From NCBI GenBank assembly GCA_964057225.1, contig OZ059894.1, forward strand, positions 22,320,001 through 22,384,000: a stretch of DNA of 64,000 bases, written 5' to 3'. Source of the stretch: Auanema rhodensis (taxonomy: Eukaryota; Animalia; Nematoda). This document shows positions 1 to 12,636 of the stretch, piece after piece. The notes under the pieces were generated by a model, which saw only the letters and a list, made by a program, of their open reading frames with translations, did not search any database and had not been told where the DNA came from. Position 1 is the first letter of the stretch, and each line of letters opens with the position of its first letter. The position numbers and the translations under genes are program-made.

Positions 1-5
1 AAGCA

Positions 6-33
6 ATGTTGAGTGTACATGGAAACTCAACAC
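6..33. other. Inverted repeat 1 of the monomer (shown for copy 1, present in every copy): 8-9 bp stem, 10-nt loop
   Basis: ATGTTGAGT (6-14) pairs with ACTCAACA(C/T) (25-33) around the loop GTACATGGAA. The common C/T polymorphism at offset 33 affects only the terminal pair. Confidence 0.9.
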
Positions 34-116
34 ACACTAATGCATCATTTTTCAAACGATCATAACTAATTTGTGTATTAAGCGTTTCTCAATGTAGTAT
101 AGTGCATTCGATGCGG

Positions 117-167
117 ATTTTTAAGCTGCGTCGATCTGTGTTATCAGATTTGCGCTAGCTTAAAAAT
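117..167. other. Inverted repeat 2 of the monomer: 51-nt long imperfect hairpin
   Basis: ATTTTTAAGCT (117-127) pairs perfectly with AGCTTAAAAAT (157-167). After a 1-nt bulge come GCG/CGC, then T.G, C/T mismatch, G.T, then ATCTG (134-138)/CAGAT (145-149) around the loop TGTTAT. Confidence 0.92.
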
Positions 168-171
168 GCAC

Positions 172-210
172 CGAGATATCAACTGATATAAGTTTACACT
201 TATATCCTCG
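172..210. other. Inverted repeat 3 of the monomer: 9-bp stem with 4-nt loop, closed by an outer CGAG/CTCG pair, plus an overlapping alternative dyad
   Basis: GATATAAGT (185-193) pairs with ACTTATATC (198-206) around the loop T(T/C)AC. CGAG (172-175) pairs with CTCG (207-210). The competing dyad is ATATCA-AC-TGATAT (176-189). Confidence 0.88.
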
Positions 211-280
211 ATTTTCACCCTGAAGAATTAATTTTTTCGTTGAATGACATTGTCCATCGTCTTTGCCTTGAAAAATGGAA

Positions 281-352
281 TCTAAAAACATCTACTTTTT
301 GCTAAATTATTTTGAAATTTTTCGAAAAAATTTTTGTCAAAATGTTTTTGGA
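281..352. other. Inverted repeat 4 of the monomer: nested AT-rich dyad centred on the TTTTTCGAAAAA palindrome
   Basis: Perfect 12-bp palindrome at 318-329. ATTTTGA (309-315) pairs with TCAAAAT (337-343). Outer arms TCTAAAAACAT (281-291) and ATGTTTTTGGA (342-352) pair with one T.G and overlap the inner arm by 2 nt. Confidence 0.82.
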
Positions 353-3159
353 GGCAATGTTGAGTGTACATGGAAACTCAACACACACTAATGCATCATT
401 TTTCAAACGATCATAACTAATTTGTGTATTAAGCGTTTCTCAATGTAGTATAGTGCATTCGATGCGGATTTTTAAGCTGCGTCGATCTGTGTTATCAGAT
501 TTGCGCTAGCTTAAAAATGCACCGAGATATCAACTGATATAAGTTCACACTTATATCCTCGATTTTCACCCTGAAGAATTAATTTTTTCGTTGAATAACA
601 TTGTCCATCGTCTTTGCCTTAAAAAATGGAATCTAAAAACATCTACTTTTTGCTAAATTATTTTGAAATTTTTCGAAAAAATTTTTGTCAAAATGTTTTT
701 GGAAGCAATGTTGAGTGTACATGGAAACTCAACATACACTAATGCATCATTTTTCAAACGATCATAACTAATTTTTGTATTAAGCGTTTCTCAATGTAGT
801 ATAGTGCATTCGATGCGGATTTTTAAGCTGCGTCGATCTGTGTTATCAGATTTGCGCTAGCTTAAAAATGCACCGAGATATCAACTGATATAAGTTTACA
901 CTTATATCCTCGATTTTCACCCTGAAGAATTAATTTTTTCGTTGAATAACATTGTCCTTCGTCTTTGCCTTGAAAAATGGAATCTAAAAACATCTACTTT
1001 TTGCTAAATTATTTCGAAATTTTTCGAAAAAATTTTTGTCAAAATGTTTTTGGAAGCAATGTTGAGTGTACATGGAAACTCAACACACACTAATGCATCA
1101 TTTTTCAAACGATCATAACTAATTTGTGTATTAAGCGTTTCTCAATGTAGTATAGTGCATTCGATGCGGATTTTTAAGCTGCGTCGATCTGTGTTATCAG
1201 ATTTGCGCTAGCTTAAAAATGCACCGAGATATCAACTGATATAAGTTCACACTTATATCCTCGATTTTCACCCTGAAGAATTAATTTTTTCGTTGAATAA
1301 CATTGTCCATCGTCTTTGCCTTAAAAAATGGAATCTAAAAACATCTACTTTTTGCTAAATTATTTTGAAATTTTTCGAAAAAATTTTTGTCAAAATGTTT
1401 TTGGAAGCAATGTTGAGTGTACATGGAAACTCAACACACACTAATGCATCATTTTTCAAACGATCATAACTAATTTGTGTATTAAGCGTTTCTCAATGTA
1501 GTATAGTGCATTCGATGCGGATTTTTAAGCTGCGTCGATCTGTGTTATCAGATTTGCGCTAGCTTAAAAATGCACCGAGATATCAACTGATATAAGTTTA
1601 CACTTATATCCTCGATTTTCACCCTGAAGAATTAATTTTTTCGTTGAATAACATTGTCCATCGTCTTTGCCTTGAAAAATGGAATCTAAAAACATCTACT
1701 TTTTGCTAAATTATTTTGAAATTTTTCGAAAAAATTTTTGTCAAAATGTTTTTGGAAGCAATGTTGAGTGTACATGGAAACTCAACACACACTAATGCAT
1801 CATTTTTCAAACGATCATAACTAATTTGTGTATTAAGCGTTTCTCAATGTAGTATAGTGCATTCGATGCGGATTTTTAAGCTGCGTCGATCTGTGTTATC
1901 AGATTTGCGCTAGCTTAAAAATGCACCGAGATATCAACTGATATAAGTTCACACTTATATCCTCGATTTTCACCCTGAAGAATTAATTTTTTCGTTGAAT
2001 AACATTGTCCATCGTCTTTGCCTTGAAAAAAGGAATCTAAAAACATCTACTTTTTGCTGAATTATTTTGAAATTTTTCGAAAAAATTTTTGTCAAAATGT
2101 TTTTGGAAGCAATGTTGAGTGTACATGGAAACTCAACATACACTAATGCATCATTTTTCAAACGATCATAACTAATTTTTGTATCAAACGTTTCTCAATG
2201 TAGTATTGTGCATTCGATGCGGATTTTTAAGCTGCGTCGATCTCTGTTATCAGATTTGCGCTAGCTTAAAAAAGAACCGAGATATCAACTGATATAAGTT
2301 CACATTTATATCCTCGATTTTCACCCTGAAGAATTAATTTTTTCGTTGAATAACATTGTCCATCGTCTTTGCCTTGAAAAAAGGAATCTAAAAACATCTA
2401 CTTTTTGCTGAATTATTTTGAAATTTTTCGAAAAAATTTTTGTCAAAATGTTTTTGGAAGCAATGTTGAGTGTACATGGAAACTCAACATACACTAATGC
2501 ATCATTTTTCAAACGATCATAACTAATTTTTGTATTAAGCGTTTCTCAATGTAGTATAGTGCATTCGATGCGGATTTTTAAGCTGCGTCGATCTGTGTTA
2601 TCAGATTTGCGCTAGCTTAAAAATGCACCGAGATATCAACTGATATTAGTTTACACTTATATCCTCGATTTTCACCCTGAAGAATTAATTTTTTCGTTGA
2701 ATAACATTGTCCATCGTCTTTACCTTGAAAAATGGAATCTAAAAACATCTACTTTTTGCTAAATTATTTTGAAATTTTTCGAAAAAATTTTTGTCAAAAT
2801 GTTTTTGGAAGCAATGTTGAGTGTACATGGAAACTCAAGACACACTAATGCATCATTTTTCAAACGATCATAACTAATTTGTGTATTAAGCGTTTCTCAA
2901 TGTAGTATAGTGCATTCGATGCGGATTTTTAAGCTGCGTCGATCTGTGTTATCAGATTTGCGCTAGCTTAAAAATGCACCGAGATAACAACTGATATAAG
3001 TTCACACTTATATCCTCGATTTTCACCCTGAAGAATTAATTTTTTCGTTGAATAACATTGTCCTTCGTCTTTGCCTTAAAAAATGGAATCTAAAAACATC
3101 TACTTTTTGCTAAATTATCTTGAAATTTTTCGAAAAAATTTTTGTCAAAATGTTTTTGG

Positions 3160-6100
3160 AAGCAATGTTGAGTGTACATGGAAACTCAACACACACTAAT
3201 GCATCATTTTTCAAACGATCATAACTAATTTTTGTATCAAACGTTTCTCAATGTAGTATAGTGCATTCGATGCGGATTTTTAAGCTGCGTCGATCTGTGT
3301 TATCAGATTTGCGCTAGCTTAAAAATGCACCGAGATATCAACTGATATAAATTCACACTTATGTCCTCGATTTTCACCCTGAAGAATTAATTTTTTCGTT
3401 GAATAACATTGTCCATCGTCTTTGCCTTGGAAAAAGGAATCTAAAAACATCTACTTTTTGCTGAATTATTCTGAAATTTTTCGAAAAAATTTTTGTCAAA
3501 ATGTTTTTGGAAGCAATGTTGAGTGTACATGGAAACTCAACATACACTAATGCATCATTTTTCAAACGATCATAACTAATTTTTGTATTAAGCGTTTCTC
3601 AATGTAGTATAGTGCATTCGATGCGGATTTTTAAGCTGCGTCGATCTGTGTTATCAGATTTGCGCTAGCTTAAAAATGCACCGAGATATCAACTGATATA
3701 AGTTCACACTTATATCCTCGATTTTCACCCTGAAGAACTAATTTTTTCGTTGAATAACATTGTCCATCGTCTTTGCCTTGGAAAAAGGAATCTAAAAACA
3801 TCTACTTTTCGCTGAATTATTCTGAAATTTTTCGAAAAAATTTTTGTCAAAATGTTTTTGGAAGCAATGTTGAGTGTACATGGAAACTCAACATACACTA
3901 ATGCATCATTTTTCAAACGATCATAACTAATTTTTGTATTAAGCGTTTCTCAATGTAGTATAGTGCATTCGATGCGGATTTTTAAGCTGCGTCGATCTGT
4001 GTTATCAGATTTGCGCTAGCTTAAAAATGCACCGAGATATCAACTGATATAAGTTTACACTTATATCCTCGATTTTCACCCTGAAGAATTAATTTTTTCG
4101 TTGAATAACATTGTCCATCGTCTTTGCCTTGAAAAATGGAATCTAAAAACATCTACTTTTTGCTAAATTATTTTGAAATTTTTCGAAAAAATTTTTGTCA
4201 AAATGTTTTTGGAAGCAATGTTGAGTGTACATGGAAACTCAACATACACTAATGCATCATTTTTCAAACGATCATAACTAATTTTTGTATCAAACGTTTC
4301 TCAATGTAGTATAGTGCATTCGATGCGGATTTTTAAGCTGCGTCGATCTCTGTTATCAGATTTGCGCTAGCTTAAAAATGCACCGAGATATCAACTGATA
4401 TAAGTTCACACTTATATCCTCGATTTTCACCCTGAAGAATCAATTTTTTCGTTGAATAACATTGTCCATCGTCTTTGCCTTAAAAAAAGGAATCTAAAAA
4501 CATCTACTTTTTGCTGAATTATTTTGAAATTTTTCGAAAAAATTTTTGTCAAAATGTTTTTGGAAGCAATGTTGAGTGTACATGGAAACTCAACATACAC
4601 TAATGCATCATTTTTCAAACGATCATAACTAATTTTTGTATTAAGCGTTTCTCAATGTAGTATAGTGCATTCGATGCGGATTTTTAAGCTGCGTCGATCT
4701 GTGTTATCAGATTTGCGCTAGCTTAAAAATGCACCGAGATATCAACTGATATAAGTTCACACTTATATCCTCGATTTTCACCCTGAAGAATTAATTTTTT
4801 CGTTGAATAACATTGTCCATCGTCTTTGCCTCGAAAAAAGAAATCTAAAAACATCTACTTTTTCCTAAATTATTTTGAAGTTTTTCGAAAAAATTTTTGT
4901 CAAAATGTTTTTGGAAGCAATGTTGAGTGTACATGGAAACTCAACATACACTAATGCATCATTTTTCAAACGATCATAACTAATTTTTGTATTAAGCGTT
5001 TCTCAATGTAGTATAGTGCATTCGATGCGGATTTTTGAGCTGCGTCGATCTGTGTTATCAGATTTGCGCTAGCTTAAAAATGCACCGAGATATCAACTGA
5101 TATAAGTTCACACTTATATCCTCGATTTTCACCCTGAAGAATTAATTTTTTCGTTGAATAACATTGTCCTTCGTCTTTGCCTCAAAAAATGGAATCTAAA
5201 AACATCTACTTTTTGCTAAATTATTTTGAAATTTTTCGAAAAAATTTTTGTCAAAATGTTTTTGGAAGCAATGTTGAGTGTACATGGAAACTCAACACAC
5301 ACTAATGCATCATTTTTCAAACGATCATAACTAATTTTTGTATCAAACGTTTCTCAATGTAGTATAGTGCATTCGATGCGGATTTTTAAGCTGCGTCGAT
5401 CTGTGTTATCAGATTTGCGCTAGCTTAAAAATGCACCGAGATATCAACTGATATAAGTTCACACTTATGTCCTCGATTTTCACCCTGAAGAATTAATTTT
5501 TTCGTTGAATAACATTGTCCATCGTCTTTGCCTTGGAAAAAGGAATCTAAAAACATCTACTTTTTGCTGAATTATTCTGAAATTTTTCGAAAAAATTTTT
5601 GTCAAAATGTTTTTGGAAGCAATGTTGAGTGTACATGGAAACTCAACATACACTAATGCATCATTTTTCAAACGATCATAACTAATTTTTGTATTAAGCG
5701 TTTCTCAATGTAGTATAGTGCATTCGATGCGGATTTTTAAGCTGCGTCGATCTGTGTTATCAGATTTGCGCTAGCTTAAAAATGCACCGAGATATCAACT
5801 GATATAAGTTCACACTTATATCCTCGATTTTCACCCTGAAGAATTAATTTTTTCGTTGAATAACATTGTCCATCGTCTTTGCCTTGGAAAAAGGAATCTA
5901 AAAACATCTACTTTTCGCTGAATTATTCTGAAATTTTTCGAAAAAATTTTTGTCAAAATGTTTTTGGAAGCAATGTTGAGTGTACATGGAAACTCAACAT
6001 ACACTAATGCATCATTTTTCAAACGATCATAACTAATTTTTGTATTAAGCGTTTCTCAATGTAGTATAGTGCATTCGATGCGGATTTTTAAGCTGCGTCG

Positions 6101-7371
6101 ATCTGTGTTATCAGATTTGCGCTAGCTTAAAAATGCACCGAGATATCAACTGATATAAGTTTACACTTATATCCTCGATTTTCACCCTGAAGAATTAATT
6201 TTTTCGTTGAATAACATTGTCCATCGTCTTTGCCTTGAAAAATGGAATCTAAAAACATCTACTTTTTGCTAAATTATTTTGAAATTTTTCGAAAAAATTT
6301 TTGTCAAAATGTTTTTGGAAGCAATGTTGAGTGTACATGGAAACTCAACACACACTAATGCATCATTTTTCAAACGATCATAACTAATTTGTGTATTAAG
6401 CGTTTCTCAATGTAGTATAGTGCATTCGATGCGGATTTTTAAGCTGCGTCGATCTGTGTTATCAGATTTGCGCTAGCTTAAAAATGCACCGAGATATCAA
6501 CTGATATAAGTTCACACTTATATCCTCGATTTTCACCCTGAAGAATTAATTTTTTCGTTGAATAACATTGTCCATCGTCTTTGCCTTAAAAAAAGGAATC
6601 TAAAAACATCTACTTTTTGCTAAATTATTTTGAAATTTTTCGAAAAAATTTTTGTCAAAATGTTTTTGGAAGCAATGTTGAGTGTACATGGAAACTCAAC
6701 ATACACTAATGCATCATTTTTCAAACGATCATAACTAATTTTTGTATCAAACGTTTCTCAATGTAGTATAGTGCATTCGATGCGGATTTTTAAGCTGCGT
6801 CGATCTGTGTTATCAGATTTGCGCTAGCTTAAAAATGCACCGAGATATCAACTGATATAAGTTCACACTTATATCCTCGATTTTCACCCTGAAGAATTAA
6901 TTTTTTCGTTGAATAACATTGTCCATCGTCTTTGCCTCGAAAAAAGAAATCTAAAAACATCTACTTTTTCCTAAATTATTTTGAAGTTTTTCGAAAAAAT
7001 TTTTGTCAAAATGTTTTTGGAAGCAATGTTGAGTGTACATGGAAACTCAACATACACTAATGCATCATTTTTCAAACGATCATAACTAATTTTTGTATTA
7101 AGCGTTTCTCAATGTAGTATAGTGCATTCGATGCGGATTTTTGAGCTGCGTCGATCTGTGTTATCAGATTTGCGCTAGCTTAAAAATGCACCGAGATATC
7201 AACTGATATAAGTTCACACTTATATCCTCGATTTTCACCCTGAAGAATTAATTTTTTCGTTGAATAACATTGTCCATCGTCTTTGCCTTGAAAAAAGGAA
7301 TCTAAAAACATTTACTTTTTCCTAAATTATTTTGAAATTTTTCGAAAAAATTTTTGTCAAAATGTTTTTGG
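3160..7371. repeat. Higher-order repeat: two diverged copies of a 6-monomer (2106 bp) unit
   Basis: Rare variants recur at +2106: TTATGTCC (~3363/5469), ORF variants at 3374/5480 and 3725/5831, CCTCGAAAAAAGAA (~4831/6937), TTTTTGAGC (~5037/7143). Confidence 0.85.
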
Positions 7372-8424
7372 AAGCAATGTTGAGTGTACATGGAAACTCA
7401 ACACACACTAATGCATCATTTTTCAAACGATCATAACTAATTTGTGTATTAAGCGTTTCTCAATGTAGTATAGTGCATTCGATGCGGATTTTTAAGCTGC
7501 GTCGATCTGTGTTATCAGATTTGCGCTAGCTTAAAAATGCACCGAGATATCAACTGATATAAGTTCACACTTATATCCTCGATTTTCACCCTGAAGAATT
7601 AATTTTTTCGTTGAATAACATTGTCCATCGTCTTTGCCTTGGAAAAAGGAATCTAAAAACATCTACTTTTTGCTGAATTATTCTGAAATTTTTCGAAAAA
7701 ATTTTTGTCAAAATGTTTTTGGAAGCAATGTTGAGTGTACATGGAAACTCAACATACACTAATGCATCATTTTTCAAACGATCATAACTAATTTTTGTAT
7801 TGAGCGTTTCTCAATGTAGTATAGTGCATTCGATGCGGATTTTTAAGCTGCGTCGATCTGTGTTATCAGATTTGAGCTAGCTTAAAAATGCACCGAGATA
7901 TCAACTGATATAAGTTTACACTTGTATCCTCGATTTTCACCCTGAAGAATTAATGTTTTCGTTGAATAACATTGTCCATCGTCTTTGCCTTGAAAAATGG
8001 AATCTAAAAACATCTACTTTTTGCTAAATTATTTTGAAATTTTTCGAAAAAATTTTTGTCAAAATGTTTTTGGAAGCAATGTTGAGTGTACATGGAAACT
8101 CAACACACACTAATGCATCATTTTTCAAACGATCATAACTAATTTGTGTATTAAGCGTTTCTCAATGTAGTATAGTGCATTCAATGCGGATTTTTAAGCT
8201 GCGTCGATCTGTGTTATCAGATTTGCGCTAGCTTAAAAATGCACCGAGATATCAACTGATATAAGTTCACACTTATATCCTCGATTTTCACTTTGAAGAA
8301 TTAATTTTTTCGTTGAATAACATTGTCCATCGTCTTTGCCTTGAAAAATGGAATCTAAAAACATCTACTTTTTGCTAAATTATTTTGAAATTTTTCGAAA
8401 AAATTTTTGTCAAAATGTTTTTGG

Positions 8425-11400
8425 AAGCAATGTTGAGTGTACATGGAAACTCAACACACACTAATGCATCATTTTTCAAACGATCATAACTAATTTGTGT
8501 ATTAAGCGTTTCTCAATGTAGTATAGTGCATTCAATGCGGATTTTTAAGCTGCGTCGATCTGTGTTATCAGATTTGCGCTAGCTTAAAAATGCACCGAGA
8601 TATCAACTGATATAAGTTCACACTTATATCCTCGATTTTCACCCTGAAGAATTAATTTTTTCGTTGAATAACATTGTCCATCGTCTTTGCCTTGAAAAAA
8701 GGAATCTAAAAACATTTACTTTTTCCTAAATTATTTTGAAATTTTTCGAAAAAATTTTTGTCAAAATGTTTTTGGAAGCAATGTTGAGTGTACATGGAAA
8801 CTCAACATACACTAATGCATCATTTTTCAAACGATCATAACTAATTTTTGTATTAAGCGTTTCTCAATGTAGTATAGTGCATTCGATGCGGATTTTTAAG
8901 CTGCGTCGATCTGTGTTATCAGATTTGCGCTAGCTTAAAAATGCACCGAGATATCAACTGATATAAGTTCACACTTATATCCTCGATTTTCACCCTGAAG
9001 AATTAATTTTTTCGTTGAATAACATTGTCCATCGTCTTTGCCTTGAAAAAAGAAATCTAAAAACATCTACTTTTTCCTAAATTATTTTGAAGTTTTTCGA
9101 AAAAATTTTTGTCAAAATGTTTTTGGAAGCAATGTTGAGTGTACATGGAAACTCAACATACACTAATGCATCATTTTTCAAACGATCATAACTAATTTTT
9201 GTATTAAGCGTTTCTCAATGTAAAATAGTGCATTCGATGCGGATTTTTGAGCTGCGTCGATCTGTGTTATCAGATTTGCGCTAGCTTAAAAATGCACCGA
9301 GATATCAACTGATATAAGTTCACACTTATATCCTCGATTTTCACCCTGAAGAATTAATTTTTTCGTTGAATAACATTGTCCATCGTCTTTGCCTTGAAAA
9401 AAGAAATCTAAAAACATCTACTTTTTCCTAAATTATTTTGAAGTTTTTCGAAAAAATTTTTGTCAAAATGTTTTTGGAAGCAATGTTGAGTGTACATGGA
9501 AACTCAACATACACTAATGCATCATTTTTCAAACGATCATAACTAATTTTTGTATTAAGCGTTTCTCAATGTAAAATAGTGCATTCGATGCGGATTTTTG
9601 AGCTGCGTCGATCTGTGTTATCAGATTTGCGCTAGCTTAAAAATGCACCGAGATATCAACTGATATAAGTTCACACTTATATCCTTGATTTTCACCCTGA
9701 AGAATTAATTTTTTCGTTGAATAACATTGTCCATCGTCTTTGCCTTGAAAAAAGGAATCTAAAAACATTTACTTTTTCCTAAATTATTTTGAAATTTTTC
9801 GAAAAAATTTTTGTCAAAATGTTTTTGGAAGCAATGTTGAGTGTACATGGAAACTCAACATACACTAATGCATCATTTTTCAAACGATCATAACTAATTT
9901 TTGTATTAAGCGTTTCTCAATGTAGTATAGTGCATTCGATGCGGATTTTTAAGCTGCGTCGATCTGTGTTATCAGATTTGCGCTAGCTTAAAAATGCACC
10001 GAGATATCAACTGATATAAGTTCACACTTATATCCTCGATTTTCACCCTGAAGAATTAATTTTTTCGTTGAATAACATTGTCCATCGTCTTTGCCTTGAA
10101 AAAAGAAATCTAAAAACATCTACTTTTTCCTAAATTATTTTGAAGTTTTTCGAAAAAATTTTTGTCAAAATGTTTTTGGAAGCAATGTTGAGTGTACATG
10201 GAAACTCAACATACACTAATGCATCATTTTTCAAACGATCATAACTAATTTTTGTATTAAGCGTTTCTCAATGTAAAATAGTGCATTCGATGCGGATTTT
10301 TGAGCTGCGTCGATCTGTGTTATCAGATTTGCGCTAGCTTAAAAATGCACCGAGATATCAACTGATATAAGTTCACACTTATATCCTCGATTTTCACCCT
10401 GAAGAATTAATTTTTTCGTTGAATAACATTGTCCATCGTCTTTGCCTTGAAAAAAGAAATCTAAAAACATCTACTTTTTCCTAAATTATTTTGAAGTTTT
10501 TCGAAAAAATTTTTGTCAAAATGTTTTTGGAAGCAATGTTGAGTGTACATGGAAACTCAACATACACTAATGCATCATTTTTCAAACGATCATAACTAAT
10601 TTTTGTATTAAGCGTTTCTCAATGTAAAATAGTGCATTCGATGCGGATTTTTGAGCTGCGTCGATCTGTGTTATCAGATTTGCGCTAGCTTAAAAATGCA
10701 CCGAGATATCAACTGATATAAGTTCACACTTATATCCTTGATTTTCACCCTGAAGAATTAATTTTTTCGTTGAATAACATTGTCCATCGTCTTTGCCTTG
10801 AAAAAAGGAATCTAAAAACATTTACTTTTTCCTAAATTATTTTGAAATTTTTCGAAAAAATTTTTGTCAAAATGTTTTTGGAAGCAATGTTGAGTGTACA
10901 TGGAAACTCAACATACACTAATGCATCATTTTTCAAACGATCATAACTAATTTTTGTATCAAACGTTTCTCAATGTAGTATAGTGCATTCGATGCGGATT
11001 TTTAAGCTGCGTCGATCTGTGTTATCAGATTTGCGCTAGCTTAAAAATGCACCGAGATATCAACTGATATAAGTTCACACTTATATCCTCGATTTTCACC
11101 CTGAAGAATTAATTTTTTCGTTGAATAACATTGTCCATCGTCTTTGCCTTGGAAAAAGGAATCTAAAAACATCTACTTTTTGCTGAATTATTCTGAAATT
11201 TTTCGAAAAAATTTTTGTCAAAATGTTTTTGGAAGCAATGTTGAGTGTACATGGAAACTCAACATACACTAATGCATCATTTTTCAAACGATCATAACTA
11301 ATTTTTGTATTAAGCGTTTCTCAATGTAGTATAGTGCATTCGATGCGGATTTTTGAGCTGCGTCGATCTGTGTTATCAGATTTGCGCTAGCTTAAAAATG

Positions 11401-12636
11401 CACCGAGATATCAACTGATATAAGTTCACACTTATATCCTCGATTTTCACCCTGAAGAATTAATTTTTTCGTTGAATAACATTGTCCATCGTCTTTGCCT
11501 TGAAAAAAGAAATCTAAAAACATCTACTTTTTCCTAAATTATTTTGAAGTTTTTCGAAAAAATTTTTGTCAAAATGTTTTTGGAAGCAATGTTGAGTGTA
11601 CATGGAAACTCAACATACACTAATGCATCATTTTTCAAACGATCATAACTAATTTTTGTATTAAGCGTTTCTCAATGTAAAATAGTGCATTCGATGCGGA
11701 TTTTTAAGCTGCGTCGATCTGTGTTATCAGATTTGCGCTAGCTTAAAAATGCACCGAGATATCAACTGATATAAGTTCACACTTATATCCTCGATTTTCA
11801 CCCTGAAGAATTAATTTTTTCGTTGAATAACATTGTCCATCGTCTTTGCCTTGAAAAAAGAAATCTAAAAACATCTACTTTTTCCTAAATTATTTTGAAG
11901 TTTTTCGAAAAAATTTTTGTCAAAATGTTTTTGGAAGCAATGTTGAGTGTACATGGAAACTCAACATACACTAATGCATCATTTTTCAAACGATCATAAC
12001 TAATTTTTGTATTAAGCGTTTCTCAATGTAAAATAGTGCATTCGATGCGGATTTTTGAGCTGCGTCGATCTGTGTTATCAGATTTGCGCTAGCTTAAAAA
12101 TGCACCGAGATATCAACTGATATAAGTTCACACTTATATCCTTGATTTTCACCCTGAAGAATTAATTTTTTCGTTGAATAACATTGTCCATCGTCTTTGC
12201 CTTGAAAAAAGGAATCTAAAAACATTTACTTTTTCCTAAATTATTTTGAAATTTTTCGAAAAAATTTTTGTCAAAATGTTTTTGGAAGCAATGTTGAGTG
12301 TACATGGAAACTCAACATACACTAATGCATCATTTTTCAAACGATCATAACTAATTTTTGTATTAAGCGTTTCTCAATGTAAAATAGTGCATTCGATGCG
12401 GATTTTTGAGCTGCGTCGATCTGTGTTATCAGATTTGCGCTAGCTTAAAAATGCACCGAGATATCAACTGATATAAGTTCACACTTATATCCTCGATTTT
12501 CACCCTGAAGAATTAATTTTTTCGTTGAATAACATTGTCCATCGTCTTTGCCTTGGAAAAAGGAATCTAAAAACATTTACTTTTTCCTAAATTATTTTGA
12601 AATTTTTCGAAAAAATTTTTGTCAAAATGTTTTTGG
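8425..12636. repeat. Local 3-monomer (1053 bp) higher-order repeat domain marked by GTAAAAT, TTTTTCCTAAA and GAAGTTTTT variants
   Basis: The CATTTAC monomer occurs at ~8716, 9769 and 10822 (1053-bp spacing). ATCCTTGA occurs at ~9686 and 10739, then 12143 (+1404). Confidence 0.8.

Noticed and set aside
6-206. Strand-specific selection for G.U-compatible substitutions in stems (A29G, A123G, A162G, C199T, A202G, A204G)
   Set aside because: A similar number of stem variants disrupt pairing (G138C, G147A, C153A, T118C, T121G, A124T, G158A, A204T), and I saw no compensatory double changes. The pattern is compatible with ordinary transition bias.
235-251. CENP-B box (TTTCGTTGAATAACATT resembles the 5' half of CTTCGTTGGAAACGGGA)
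   Set aside because: Only TTCG and the central A match. The essential CGGG is absent (5 of 9 key bases).
220-300. Hammerhead ribozyme (CTGAAGA at 220-226 fits the CUGANGA core; hammerheads occur in some animal satellites)
   Set aside because: No stem II closes onto a following GAAA: the next GAAA at 270 is unpaired with 227 onward and is polymorphic. I found no stem III/NUH arrangement. The other candidates (CTGATAT on +, CTGATAA on -) break the core consensus. An Infernal search would be definitive.
1-351. Tandem 5S rRNA, tRNA, snRNA or spliced-leader gene repeat
   Set aside because: I recognise no 5S, cloverleaf, A/B-box or spliced-leader sequence on either strand. An Rfam scan is needed to exclude divergent RNAs.
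1-351. Monomer as an ancient dimer of ~175-bp subunits
   Set aside because: I see only short AT-rich coincidences between the halves (for example AAAATG near 163 and 339) and no convincing alignment by eye.
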